Positions 55,075 through 62,758 of a stretch of 64,000 bases of DNA are shown here, in pieces. A program made the position numbers and the translations under genes. The notes under the pieces are model-generated. The model was given only the letters and a program-made list of their open reading frames with translations, did no database searches and had not been told where the DNA came from. Location of the stretch: positions 23,869 to 87,868 of the forward strand of contig CAZMAT010000003.1 in NCBI GenBank assembly GCA_964564435.1, in the 5' to 3' direction. This stretch comes from an uncultured bacterium (lineage in GTDB: Bacteria; Fermentibacterota; Fermentibacteria; Fermentibacterales; Fermentibacteraceae). The first letter of the stretch is position 1, and every line of letters starts with the position of its first letter.

Positions 55075-55274
55075 GGATGATCACCGTGAACGGCTCCCCC
55101 CACCCCTGGCGGGAGGGGATGACGGTAAGCGACGTTCTCGAGGAGAGGAGGTTCACATTCCCTCTCCTCGTGGTGAGGATCGACGGCCGTCTGGTCCCCC
55201 GGGGCAGCTACGCGGAGGCGCAGGTACCCGATGGTTCCGATGTGGACGTGATGCACCTGATGAGCGGCGGCTGA
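55071..55274 (+). CDS. ThiS/MoaD-family ubiquitin-like sulfur-carrier protein
   Basis: 67 aa, MRMITVNG...VSDVLE...VVRIDGRLVPR......V.DGSDVDVMHLMSGG, with a terminal Gly-Gly. ATGA overlap with the AOR stop. Confidence 0.7.
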   Translation: MRMITVNGSPHPWREGMTVSDVLEERRFTFPLLVVRIDGRLVPRGSYAEAQVPDGSDVDVMHLMSGG

Positions 55275-55329
55275 AGGCCGCGCCGAGGCCGCCCGTCCGG
55301 GTTCCGCCCGGAGCAGGCATGGAGGAGAG

Positions 55330-56412
55330 ATGATCCCGACCCTGGTCATGGCAGCGCTGGTTGCGGGATCTTCGCATATCGACCCCACTGGCGGGGCATT
55401 CCTCTCGGTGGACCTGGATTCGCTGGAGACCGCCGCCAGGGATGCCTATGACGAGTCCGACTGGGAGAGTGCTGCATCGGCGTATGTCGAGCTCCTGAGG
55501 CACGACACGGGAAACTCGACGGCGATCTACAACGCAGCCTGCTGTTTCGGCCTGATGGGCGACGCCGGGATGTCGGCAGCCTACCTGAGGGCTGCTGCCG
55601 CAGCCGGATTCGACGATGCCGTGTTCGCCTCCGAAGACCCGGACTTCGACCGGGTGCGTGACGACGCCTCGTTCTCCTCCGTGCTCGACAGCCTCCTGGC
55701 CGTCACAGGCGAAGACCGCGCCGGGATGGAGTTCATGGTCGAGGTCCCGTGCCTCGTCCCGGTGAGGGTGCTCCTGCCGTCCGACTACACCCCCGAGGCT
55801 GCCTGTCCCCTGGTCGTCGGACTCCACGGATACGGCGGCAATGCTGAGGATTTCCTCGGCCTCTACAGCCGGATCGAATCCCCGGGGTTCATCTTCGCCG
55901 TGCCCGAGACGCCATACTCCATTTCTGCCGGTGGGGAGGACGCGTTCAGCTGGTCGACCTGGTCGGACGCCGACACCACGTCGTATGCGGGATCCATCGA
56001 GCTCTCGTCCCTCCTGGTGAGGAACACGGTTCTCGAGATGCAGGCCGCCTTCGCCCCCTCCTCTACCTGGCTCCTGGGCTTCTCCCAGGGGGCCGCGCTC
56101 GCGTTCCTCGCGGGCTTCGAGAACGCGGACATCGTGGATGGTGCCATCGGCTTCGGCGGCTACGTCGAGGATCCCGGGCCGTTCCTCTCGGCACCGCCGT
56201 CTTCGAGGGATCTGCGGGTCTTCGTGGCCCACGGGGCCTCCGACAGGATAGTGGAGCCCGGCGAGGGCGGAAGGGCCTTCGCCCTGTTCGATTCTCTGGG
56301 GTGCGACGCGGTGATGGCGGAGTTCGAGGGCGGCCATGGCATCGACGTCGCCACTCTGGCGGAGGCCGTCCGCTGGATGCAGGAGCAGGAGCTCTATATG
56401 AACGGGGACTGA
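55330..56412 (+). CDS. Secreted alpha/beta-hydrolase (phospholipase/carboxylesterase family) with N-terminal TPR-like domain
   Basis: GLHGYGGN, the nucleophile elbow GFSQGA, and HGASD. Confidence 0.65.
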   Translation: MIPTLVMAALVAGSSHIDPTGGAFLSVDLDSLETAARDAYDESDWESAASAYVELLRHDTGNSTAIYNAACCFGLMGDAGMSAAYLRAAAAAGFDDAVFASEDPDFDRVRDDASFSSVLDSLLAVTGEDRAGMEFMVEVPCLVPVRVLLPSDYTPEAACPLVVGLHGYGGNAEDFLGLYSRIESPGFIFAVPETPYSISAGGEDAFSWSTWSDADTTSYAGSIELSSLLVRNTVLEMQAAFAPSSTWLLGFSQGAALAFLAGFENADIVDGAIGFGGYVEDPGPFLSAPPSSRDLRVFVAHGASDRIVEPGEGGRAFALFDSLGCDAVMAEFEGGHGIDVATLAEAVRWMQEQELYMNGD

Positions 56413-56434
56413 TCCTCAGGAGCAGGAAAAAGCG

Positions 56435-56460
56435 GGGGGCGGGCCCGGAGGCCCGCCCCC
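56435..56460. terminator. Bidirectional hairpin GGGGGCGGGCC-CGGA-GGCCCGCCCCC
   Basis: An 11-bp GC stem between convergent genes. It has an A-run on one side, giving a T-run for the minus-strand gene. Confidence 0.6.
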
Positions 56461-56475
56461 TTCGTCTACCGGCGG

Positions 56476-56769
56476 TCAGTCGTTGCGGATGGGCCTGCGC
56501 ATGGGGCCTCTGTCGCCCCTGTCCTTCTCCTGGGAGAAGTCGACCCGTACGGGCCTTCCGTCGATCATGGCGCCATTCATGGCGTCCTTGGCCTTGGCGG
56601 CCTCCTCCTCCGTCGCGAAGGTGACGAAGCCGAACCCGCGGGAACGGCCCGTCTCCTTGTCGAGCACCACCCGCGCCTCGCGGACCTGGCCGTGAGGGGC
56701 GAATGCGTCGCGGAGGGTGAGGTCAGTGGTCGCCCAGGCGAGACCGCCGATAAACAGTTTGTTTCCCAT
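56476..56769 (-). CDS. RRM-type RNA-binding protein
   Basis: RNP-2 LFIGGL, RNP-1 RGFGFVTF, and an Arg/Asp-rich tail. Start at MGNKLF. Confidence 0.85.
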   Translation of the reverse strand: MGNKLFIGGLAWATTDLTLRDAFAPHGQVREARVVLDKETGRSRGFGFVTFATEEEAAKAKDAMNGAMIDGRPVRVDFSQEKDRGDRGPMRRPIRND

Positions 56770-57133
56770 GAGCACCTTCCTTTCCGGGGTCGAACCCCTG
56801 CAGTGAAACAACGTGGCAAAGGTTCAACACTTCCGGCCTACCGGAAGATGCTCGGTACGAGCGGCCCGGATGGCTCCGCACAGGGTGCGTGGCCATCCAT
56901 CCCCGAAGGGTCTTGACTGGAAACCGGCGCTGCGGTGTGAGGCGGGCTGCTGGCTGCAGGTCTCGCAAAGACACGGAGAATGATAGGACCAGGCTCTCTT
57001 TCCGAACCGTGAACCTGACCGGGGATTGCCCCGGAACCACGCCACGAGCGAGGCGCCCGCCCCGCTCGGATAAATTCTCGTCTGTTCCCGCGCGTGCGTC
57101 AAGAGGCAATGCGCGCCCCTCCATGGCGATAGC

Positions 57134-57508
57134 TCAGCCTCCGCCGCCCAGGAGCCGTTCGGCCTCGTCGAGGTCGATCTCCCCGGCTCTCAGGCGACCG
57201 AGAACGCTCATCGCACCGTGCTTTCCGGAGGAGCCGGACCGGGGGGCACCGAGCTCCCTGAACATCTCCTCCACCCGCAGCCTCGCTGTCGGGTAGGACA
57301 CCCCGAGCTCCCGCTGCACCCCCCTCAGGTTGCCCCTGGCGTCGAGGAAGGCGTCGAAGACGACACGCCTGTCGCCGTCCAGCCTGCACGCCGGGCAGGG
57401 GTCGAACTCGCCGGCCACCTCGGAACCGCAGTCCGGGCAGACCAGTTTCGTGACCACGAGGATTCCCGAGCAGGACGGACAGCGGGATGGCAGGCTCCGA
57501 TCAGGCAT
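57134..57508 (-). CDS. DUF2089-like zinc-ribbon/HTH protein
   Basis: CPSC...CPDC...CPAC zinc ribbon, an HTH-like GNLRGVQRELGVSYPTARLRVEEM, and a C-terminal LRAGEIDLDEAERLL (SHOCT-like). Confidence 0.55.
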   Translation of the reverse strand: MPDRSLPSRCPSCSGILVVTKLVCPDCGSEVAGEFDPCPACRLDGDRRVVFDAFLDARGNLRGVQRELGVSYPTARLRVEEMFRELGAPRSGSSGKHGAMSVLGRLRAGEIDLDEAERLLGGGG

Positions 57509-58424
57509 CGTCCCCTCCGGTGGCGTGGATGTTCCCGCCCATCGTGGTGGCGGTGAGCCGGTGTTCCCGGTCCAGGCCCGACTCGAACCTGGCCCTCCCG
57601 GGGCTGCCGAAGGACCTGCAGGCGGCATCTCCCGAGATGGTCCCGCCCATGGTCTCGAGCAGAAGGCCGAGCGACTCCCTCGCGTCCTGGTCCAGTTCTA
57701 TCTCTATGTTGCCGCCCATGGTCTTCGCAATGGAGCTCCCGGTGGGCTTCCCGACCACGGACAGCCGGATCGAACCGCCCATGGTCCGGGCCTTGAAGGG
57801 GGCCTTCATGCCGGACAGCGTGAGATTGCCGCCCATCGTCCGCAGGGACACCGGGAACGCGAGCGAGCTCACGGACATGTCACCTCCCCGGGAGCGGGCC
57901 TTCAGCTTCCCGGTGCCGGAGGGGAGGCCCAGCAACAGGTCGCCGCCCGACCAGACCACGGTTGTCTCGTCGCCCCGGCGGTAGACCCTGACGGACGAAT
58001 CCTGTCCGATGGTGGCGGAGGCGCCCTCGCTGCACGTCACCGTCAGGCTCCCGGGAGCCTTCCTGCCGGTGTGGACGACCCTGACCAGGGTGCCCGGCCC
58101 GACACCGAATGCGCCTCCGGAGACCGGGATCTCTTCCCCCCTGTTCCGGTCGTCATCGTCGTCGTCGAATCCGCACCCATCCCCGGACTCGAGCGCCGAA
58201 CGCACTGCCGGGCCGATGCCCGCCACCGTCTCGCGGATCGTGTTCATGGTCTCCGCGATCATCGAGTAGCCTGCGTGCCTGCCGGAGCCCTGCCTCCCGC
58301 CCGCGCCGGTTCCGCACTTCGACCGGCCGCGGTCCAGCGCGGCCATCAGGCGTTCCGCGGCTTCGACGTCTATCGTGCCCTCCGAGAGCATCCTGAGTAT
58401 CTCCCTCTTCTCCTCGTCCATCAC
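57501..58424 (-). CDS. DUF4097-like beta-helical repeat protein with N-terminal SHOCT-like motif
   Basis: LSEGTIDVEAAERLMAAL at the N-terminus, an acidic DDDDDD linker, and a repeated TMGG(N/S/T)I(x) motif six times or more. Confidence 0.55.
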   Translation of the reverse strand: MMDEEKREILRMLSEGTIDVEAAERLMAALDRGRSKCGTGAGGRQGSGRHAGYSMIAETMNTIRETVAGIGPAVRSALESGDGCGFDDDDDDRNRGEEIPVSGGAFGVGPGTLVRVVHTGRKAPGSLTVTCSEGASATIGQDSSVRVYRRGDETTVVWSGGDLLLGLPSGTGKLKARSRGGDMSVSSLAFPVSLRTMGGNLTLSGMKAPFKARTMGGSIRLSVVGKPTGSSIAKTMGGNIEIELDQDARESLGLLLETMGGTISGDAACRSFGSPGRARFESGLDREHRLTATTMGGNIHATGGDDA

Positions 58425-58584
58425 ATCATCTCCTTTGACTGACCCCTGTATTCGGGGTTGCCATAATCATAGCTTGATTTGCCATTTCGTCAATACTGCT
58501 TTCTATTATGAAAAAGTGCCTTCTGCTGCGGAACACTTATGTTCCTCCTCGTGCAGGTTCGTTTCGCAATGCAAGGAGGCTGCG

Positions 58585-59016
58585 ATGAGCGGTAGGGTCA
58601 CCCTTTCGGAAGCCCTCGATCTGCTGGCATCCCGGAAGACGGTCGTGCTCGCGACCTGTTCCGGGAGCGGTCCGGCCCTCCGGCCGATGACCCTCCAGGT
58701 CCGGGAGGGCAGGATCTTCATGCTCACCTTCCCCGACTCGCCGAAGGTCGACCACGTCAGGAGGAACCCCCGCTGCCAGATCTATGCCGATCTGGCCGAT
58801 GGGGAGAACCAGGGGTTCGTGAGGCTCTCCTGCACGCCCGAGGTCATAGCGGACCCGTCGCTCAGAGAGGCGGTCTTCTCCCAGGCTCCGTACGCGAGGA
58901 CCTTCTGGGAATCGTCGGACGACCCGCGGTTCTGCCTCCTCGGCTTCACCCCGGTGGGCGGGGATGTCCTGAAGCCCGGCGAGATGTACACGAGCAGCAT
59001 TGCGATGGATATGTGA
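58585..59016 (+). CDS. Pyridoxamine 5'-phosphate oxidase-like FMN-binding split-barrel protein
   Basis: ~143 aa, ...VVLATCSGSGPALRPMTLQVREGRIFMLT....KV.HVRRNPR..., with an AAGGAGG RBS. Confidence 0.55.
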   Translation: MSGRVTLSEALDLLASRKTVVLATCSGSGPALRPMTLQVREGRIFMLTFPDSPKVDHVRRNPRCQIYADLADGENQGFVRLSCTPEVIADPSLREAVFSQAPYARTFWESSDDPRFCLLGFTPVGGDVLKPGEMYTSSIAMDM

Positions 59017-59026
59017 GAGAGCTCCG

Positions 59027-59051
59027 GGCCGCTGCCGGGAACGCAGCGGCC
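59027..59051 (+). terminator. Hairpin GGCCGCTGC-N7-GCAGCGGCC
   Basis: A 9-bp stem, 10 nt after the stop. Confidence 0.45.
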
Positions 59052-59176
59052 GCCAGTGGGATTATCCTATTGCGTGAGTATATTCGCGGTCTGCAGGATT
59101 GAAGGGCTCGCCCTGAAGCCCGGCAGATCCGGCTGTCGTCCGAGATCCTGTTCCCAACCACGAACGGAGGAGTGAC

Positions 59177-60724
59177 TTGAAGCTCTCGTTCTCCATCCTG
59201 GCATTGCTCTGCGCGATGTCCGCCGCGAACGTGGCAGGCCCCCGGCAGGCTGCCGCGCTCGTCGTAGACGACCTGCTCTCGTCGGACATCTCCGGCAGGA
59301 CGGTCTACTACCATCCCCAGGCCGTCTACGCCGGCCAGGGCGTCGACTCCTGGCACGAGACCGTGGTGAGCCCGTTCCCGGGCTACCTGGTGCTCGTGGA
59401 CGACATGGCGCTTGCCAACTGGGAGCACGCCTGCCGCTGGGTGTTCGTCGGCTTCGACGGCACGATGAGCGTCGTCGAGATGCAGACCCCCCCGAACTGC
59501 CTCGAGAGGCTCGAGGTCTACATGACGAGCCTTCCCGAGAGCACTCTGGCCGACGGAGAGAGCCTCCTGGACTGGTTCGTGCCCAACCCGCAGACCCCGG
59601 CCAACGATCCCGAGCACACCTACGCCTGGATCATCTCGGGCGGATACAACTCCAGCAACAACCACATCAGGTACTACGGCGACGTGCAGTTCCTGTACCT
59701 GACCCTGACGCAGGACTACGGCTACACGAACGACCACATCGTGATCTGCTTCGCCGACGGCACTAACCCCGCTGTGGACAACTCGTCGGGCCAGAACTCG
59801 AATCCCGACCTCGACGGCGACGGTGACGTTGATTTCGACTACGACGCCGGCTACGGCGGCATCTGGAGCGGATACAACACGCTCCTCTCCCAGGTAGGCG
59901 CCGACGATCACCTGTTCATCTTCTCGACCGACCACGGCGGCTCGGGCAAGGGCCTCACGGACGACGCCCCCGAGGCCATATTGAATCTCTGGAACGCCAC
60001 ATGGGACGACGACACCTATGACGTCCTGATCGACGGCATACCGGCCGCAACGATGCATGTCGCGATGGAGCAGTGCTACTCCGGCGGCTTCCTGCTCGAG
60101 ACGGTGCCCACGACCGGCGGCCAGCCGCGCACTTTCGCGTCCGCCGCGAACGGCTACGAGTCGTCCTGGGCCGGGAACACATACCCCCAGTACGACGAGT
60201 GGGCCTACTGGTGGACCGGCGCGATGCACGGCTCCGTGCCGGCAGGCGGTTCCTACCCGGCCGGCGCCCTCCCCGGTGACCCCGACCTCAACAGCGACGG
60301 GTACGTCAGCTACGGCGAAGCCGCCGACAGGGCCCTCGCCTGGGACGCCTACGCCTCGAGCGGCCAGGAGCATCCGCAGTACGACGACGACCCGACGAGC
60401 TGCGGCGACAACTACTACCTGGGCGGCGTGATCGGAACCGGCATCGGCGATGCCGAAGGCCCGGCGATCACAGGGTTCTCTCTCACCTGCTCCGACAATC
60501 CGTTCGCAGGCCCCGCCGTGATCTCCTTCGAGCTCCAGGCCGGCACGACGGCCGAGCTGGAGGTCCTCGACCTGGCCGGCAGGCGCGTGGCCACGCTCGC
60601 CGAAGGCGAGATGGGCGCGGGCCTGCACGAGGTTTCCTGGGCGGCCGACGTCCCCGCGGGCGTTTACCTGGTCCGCTTCAGGTCCTCCGACATCGACGCA
60701 TCCCTGCGCGTGGTGAAGTTCTAG
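59177..60724 (+). CDS. Peptidase C13 (legumain-like, clan CD) with T9SS C-terminal sorting domain, paralogue 1
   Basis: TTG start after GGAGG and a signal peptide. LFIFSTDHGG (His-Gly) and VAMEQCYSGGF (Cys) dyad motifs. Asp-rich Ca-binding-like loops. CTD ...GVYLVRFRS...LRVVKF. Confidence 0.7.
   Translation: MKLSFSILALLCAMSAANVAGPRQAAALVVDDLLSSDISGRTVYYHPQAVYAGQGVDSWHETVVSPFPGYLVLVDDMALANWEHACRWVFVGFDGTMSVVEMQTPPNCLERLEVYMTSLPESTLADGESLLDWFVPNPQTPANDPEHTYAWIISGGYNSSNNHIRYYGDVQFLYLTLTQDYGYTNDHIVICFADGTNPAVDNSSGQNSNPDLDGDGDVDFDYDAGYGGIWSGYNTLLSQVGADDHLFIFSTDHGGSGKGLTDDAPEAILNLWNATWDDDTYDVLIDGIPAATMHVAMEQCYSGGFLLETVPTTGGQPRTFASAANGYESSWAGNTYPQYDEWAYWWTGAMHGSVPAGGSYPAGALPGDPDLNSDGYVSYGEAADRALAWDAYASSGQEHPQYDDDPTSCGDNYYLGGVIGTGIGDAEGPAITGFSLTCSDNPFAGPAVISFELQAGTTAELEVLDLAGRRVATLAEGEMGAGLHEVSWAADVPAGVYLVRFRSSDIDASLRVVKF
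59205..60276 (+). repeat. 1072-bp tract, 100% identical to 60965-62036
   Basis: Compared base by base by eye across all lines. The flanks drop to roughly 85-90% and then lose similarity. Confidence 0.9.
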
Positions 60725-60743
60725 ACCATCCAGGCAGACGAGC

Positions 60744-60767
60744 GGGGCGGGCCTTCGGGCCCGCCCC
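60744..60767 (+). terminator. Hairpin GGGGCGGGCC-TTCG-GGCCCGCCCC
   Basis: A 10-bp GC stem, 20 nt after the stop, followed by TTCTCTCC. Confidence 0.6.
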
Positions 60768-60936
60768 TTCTCTCCTCCTCCGGTCCGCCTTCCGTCAGGT
60801 CCCCCTCCCGCCGGCACGCCATGTGGTCCTTTCGGATCGGTGACTATATTCCCCAGGCTGCAGAGGTCGTGAACGAGCCCGCCCCGCCGGCGGGCAAGGC
60901 CTTGCTGTCCAGAGCACGAATGAACGGAGGATCACC

Positions 60937-62484
60937 TTGAAGCTTTCGCTTTCCATCCTGGCACTGCTCTGCGCGATGTCCGCCGCGAACGTGGCAGGCC
61001 CCCGGCAGGCTGCCGCGCTCGTCGTAGACGACCTGCTCTCGTCGGACATCTCCGGCAGGACGGTCTACTACCATCCCCAGGCCGTCTACGCCGGCCAGGG
61101 CGTCGACTCCTGGCACGAGACCGTGGTGAGCCCGTTCCCGGGCTACCTGGTGCTCGTGGACGACATGGCGCTTGCCAACTGGGAGCACGCCTGCCGCTGG
61201 GTGTTCGTCGGCTTCGACGGCACGATGAGCGTCGTCGAGATGCAGACCCCCCCGAACTGCCTCGAGAGGCTCGAGGTCTACATGACGAGCCTTCCCGAGA
61301 GCACTCTGGCCGACGGAGAGAGCCTCCTGGACTGGTTCGTGCCCAACCCGCAGACCCCGGCCAACGATCCCGAGCACACCTACGCCTGGATCATCTCGGG
61401 CGGATACAACTCCAGCAACAACCACATCAGGTACTACGGCGACGTGCAGTTCCTGTACCTGACCCTGACGCAGGACTACGGCTACACGAACGACCACATC
61501 GTGATCTGCTTCGCCGACGGCACTAACCCCGCTGTGGACAACTCGTCGGGCCAGAACTCGAATCCCGACCTCGACGGCGACGGTGACGTTGATTTCGACT
61601 ACGACGCCGGCTACGGCGGCATCTGGAGCGGATACAACACGCTCCTCTCCCAGGTAGGCGCCGACGATCACCTGTTCATCTTCTCGACCGACCACGGCGG
61701 CTCGGGCAAGGGCCTCACGGACGACGCCCCCGAGGCCATATTGAATCTCTGGAACGCCACATGGGACGACGACACCTATGACGTCCTGATCGACGGCATA
61801 CCGGCCGCAACGATGCATGTCGCGATGGAGCAGTGCTACTCCGGCGGCTTCCTGCTCGAGACGGTGCCCACGACCGGCGGCCAGCCGCGCACTTTCGCGT
61901 CCGCCGCGAACGGCTACGAGTCGTCCTGGGCCGGGAACACATACCCCCAGTACGACGAGTGGGCCTACTGGTGGACCGGCGCGATGCACGGCTCCGTGCC
62001 GGCAGGCGGTTCCTACCCGGCCGGCGCCCTCCCCGGCAACCCCGACCTCAACAGCGACGGATTCGTGAGCTACAGCGAGGCTGCCGACAGGGCCCTCGCC
62101 TGGGACGCCTACGCCTCTGGCGGCCAGGAGCATCCTCAGTACGACGACGATCCGGCTGGATGCGGCGCGCTGTACTTCCTCGGCGGGATCATCACCACCG
62201 GCATCGAGGGCGGCCAGGGCCTCGTCGGCTCCTGCGGGAACCTCGTCTGCTCGGCCAACCCGGTCTCCGGGTCGGCTTCGTTCGGGTTCGACCTCGCCGG
62301 GCAGTCCGATGTCGAGCTCGTCCTCATGGATCTCGCCGGCAGGAGCATCGCCACAATCGCGTCGGGCAGGATGGCGGCGGGACACCACGACGTGGCCTGG
62401 GACGCCGGCGTCCCGACCGGCGTCTACCTGGTGCGCGTCAGCACGGCCGACTTCTCCGAGACCATGCGCATAGTGAAGTTCTGA
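60937..62484 (+). CDS. Peptidase C13 (legumain-like) with T9SS C-terminal sorting domain, paralogue 2
   Basis: The same 515-aa architecture. The first ~365 aa are identical to paralogue 1 except residue 5. The C-terminal ~150 aa have diverged. Confidence 0.7.
   Translation: MKLSLSILALLCAMSAANVAGPRQAAALVVDDLLSSDISGRTVYYHPQAVYAGQGVDSWHETVVSPFPGYLVLVDDMALANWEHACRWVFVGFDGTMSVVEMQTPPNCLERLEVYMTSLPESTLADGESLLDWFVPNPQTPANDPEHTYAWIISGGYNSSNNHIRYYGDVQFLYLTLTQDYGYTNDHIVICFADGTNPAVDNSSGQNSNPDLDGDGDVDFDYDAGYGGIWSGYNTLLSQVGADDHLFIFSTDHGGSGKGLTDDAPEAILNLWNATWDDDTYDVLIDGIPAATMHVAMEQCYSGGFLLETVPTTGGQPRTFASAANGYESSWAGNTYPQYDEWAYWWTGAMHGSVPAGGSYPAGALPGNPDLNSDGFVSYSEAADRALAWDAYASGGQEHPQYDDDPAGCGALYFLGGIITTGIEGGQGLVGSCGNLVCSANPVSGSASFGFDLAGQSDVELVLMDLAGRSIATIASGRMAAGHHDVAWDAGVPTGVYLVRVSTADFSETMRIVKF
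60965..62036 (+). repeat. 1072-bp tract, 100% identical to 59205-60276
   Basis: See the paired repeat. Confidence 0.9.
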
Positions 62485-62504
62485 CGGATCGGAACAGACA
62501 TGAA

Positions 62505-62528
62505 GGGGCGGGCCTCCGGGCCCGCCCC
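62505..62528 (+). terminator. Hairpin GGGGCGGGCC-TCCG-GGCCCGCCCC
   Basis: The same stem sequence as at 60744. Confidence 0.6.
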
Positions 62529-62588
62529 CCGCATTTGTCCTGCCGCCCTCCGCTGGATATCGTACTCATCCGGAAGGCAGGTGCAGGG

Positions 62589-62675
62589 ATGAGACCCGTT
62601 ACGCCGGAAGTCATGGTGGTTTCGCGGTCCGTCACATTGGAACCCAACGGATGCCGAAGGACTGGTGGGGCATGA
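62589..62675 (+). other. Possible 28-codon upstream ORF (copy 1)
   Basis: MRPVTPEVMVVSRSVTLEPNGCRRTGGA. Its stop TGA overlaps the next ATG (ATGA). Confidence 0.3.
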
Positions 62676-62758
62676 GACCCGTTACGCCGGAAGTCATGGT
62701 GGTTTCGCGGTCCGTCACATTGGAACCCAACGGATGCCGAAGGACTGGTGGGGCATGA
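62672..62758 (+). other. Possible 28-codon upstream ORF (copy 2)
   Basis: Identical peptide. Its stop overlaps the NUDIX ATG at 62755. Confidence 0.3.

Noticed and set aside
56770-57133. Whether the large intergenic region encodes RNase P RNA, SRP RNA or a tRNA/tmRNA.
   Set aside because: I could not find the conserved RNase P (GAGGAAAGUCC) or SRP domain IV (GGAAGCAGCC) signatures, or a tRNA-like T-arm, on either strand. It is kept only as a candidate leader or sRNA.
59177-62484. Whether the duplicated peptidase genes are part of a mobile element or a diversity-generating retroelement.
   Set aside because: No transposase, integrase, reverse transcriptase or terminal inverted repeats were seen. 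The divergence is concentrated in a contiguous C-terminal block rather than at adenine-specific sites.
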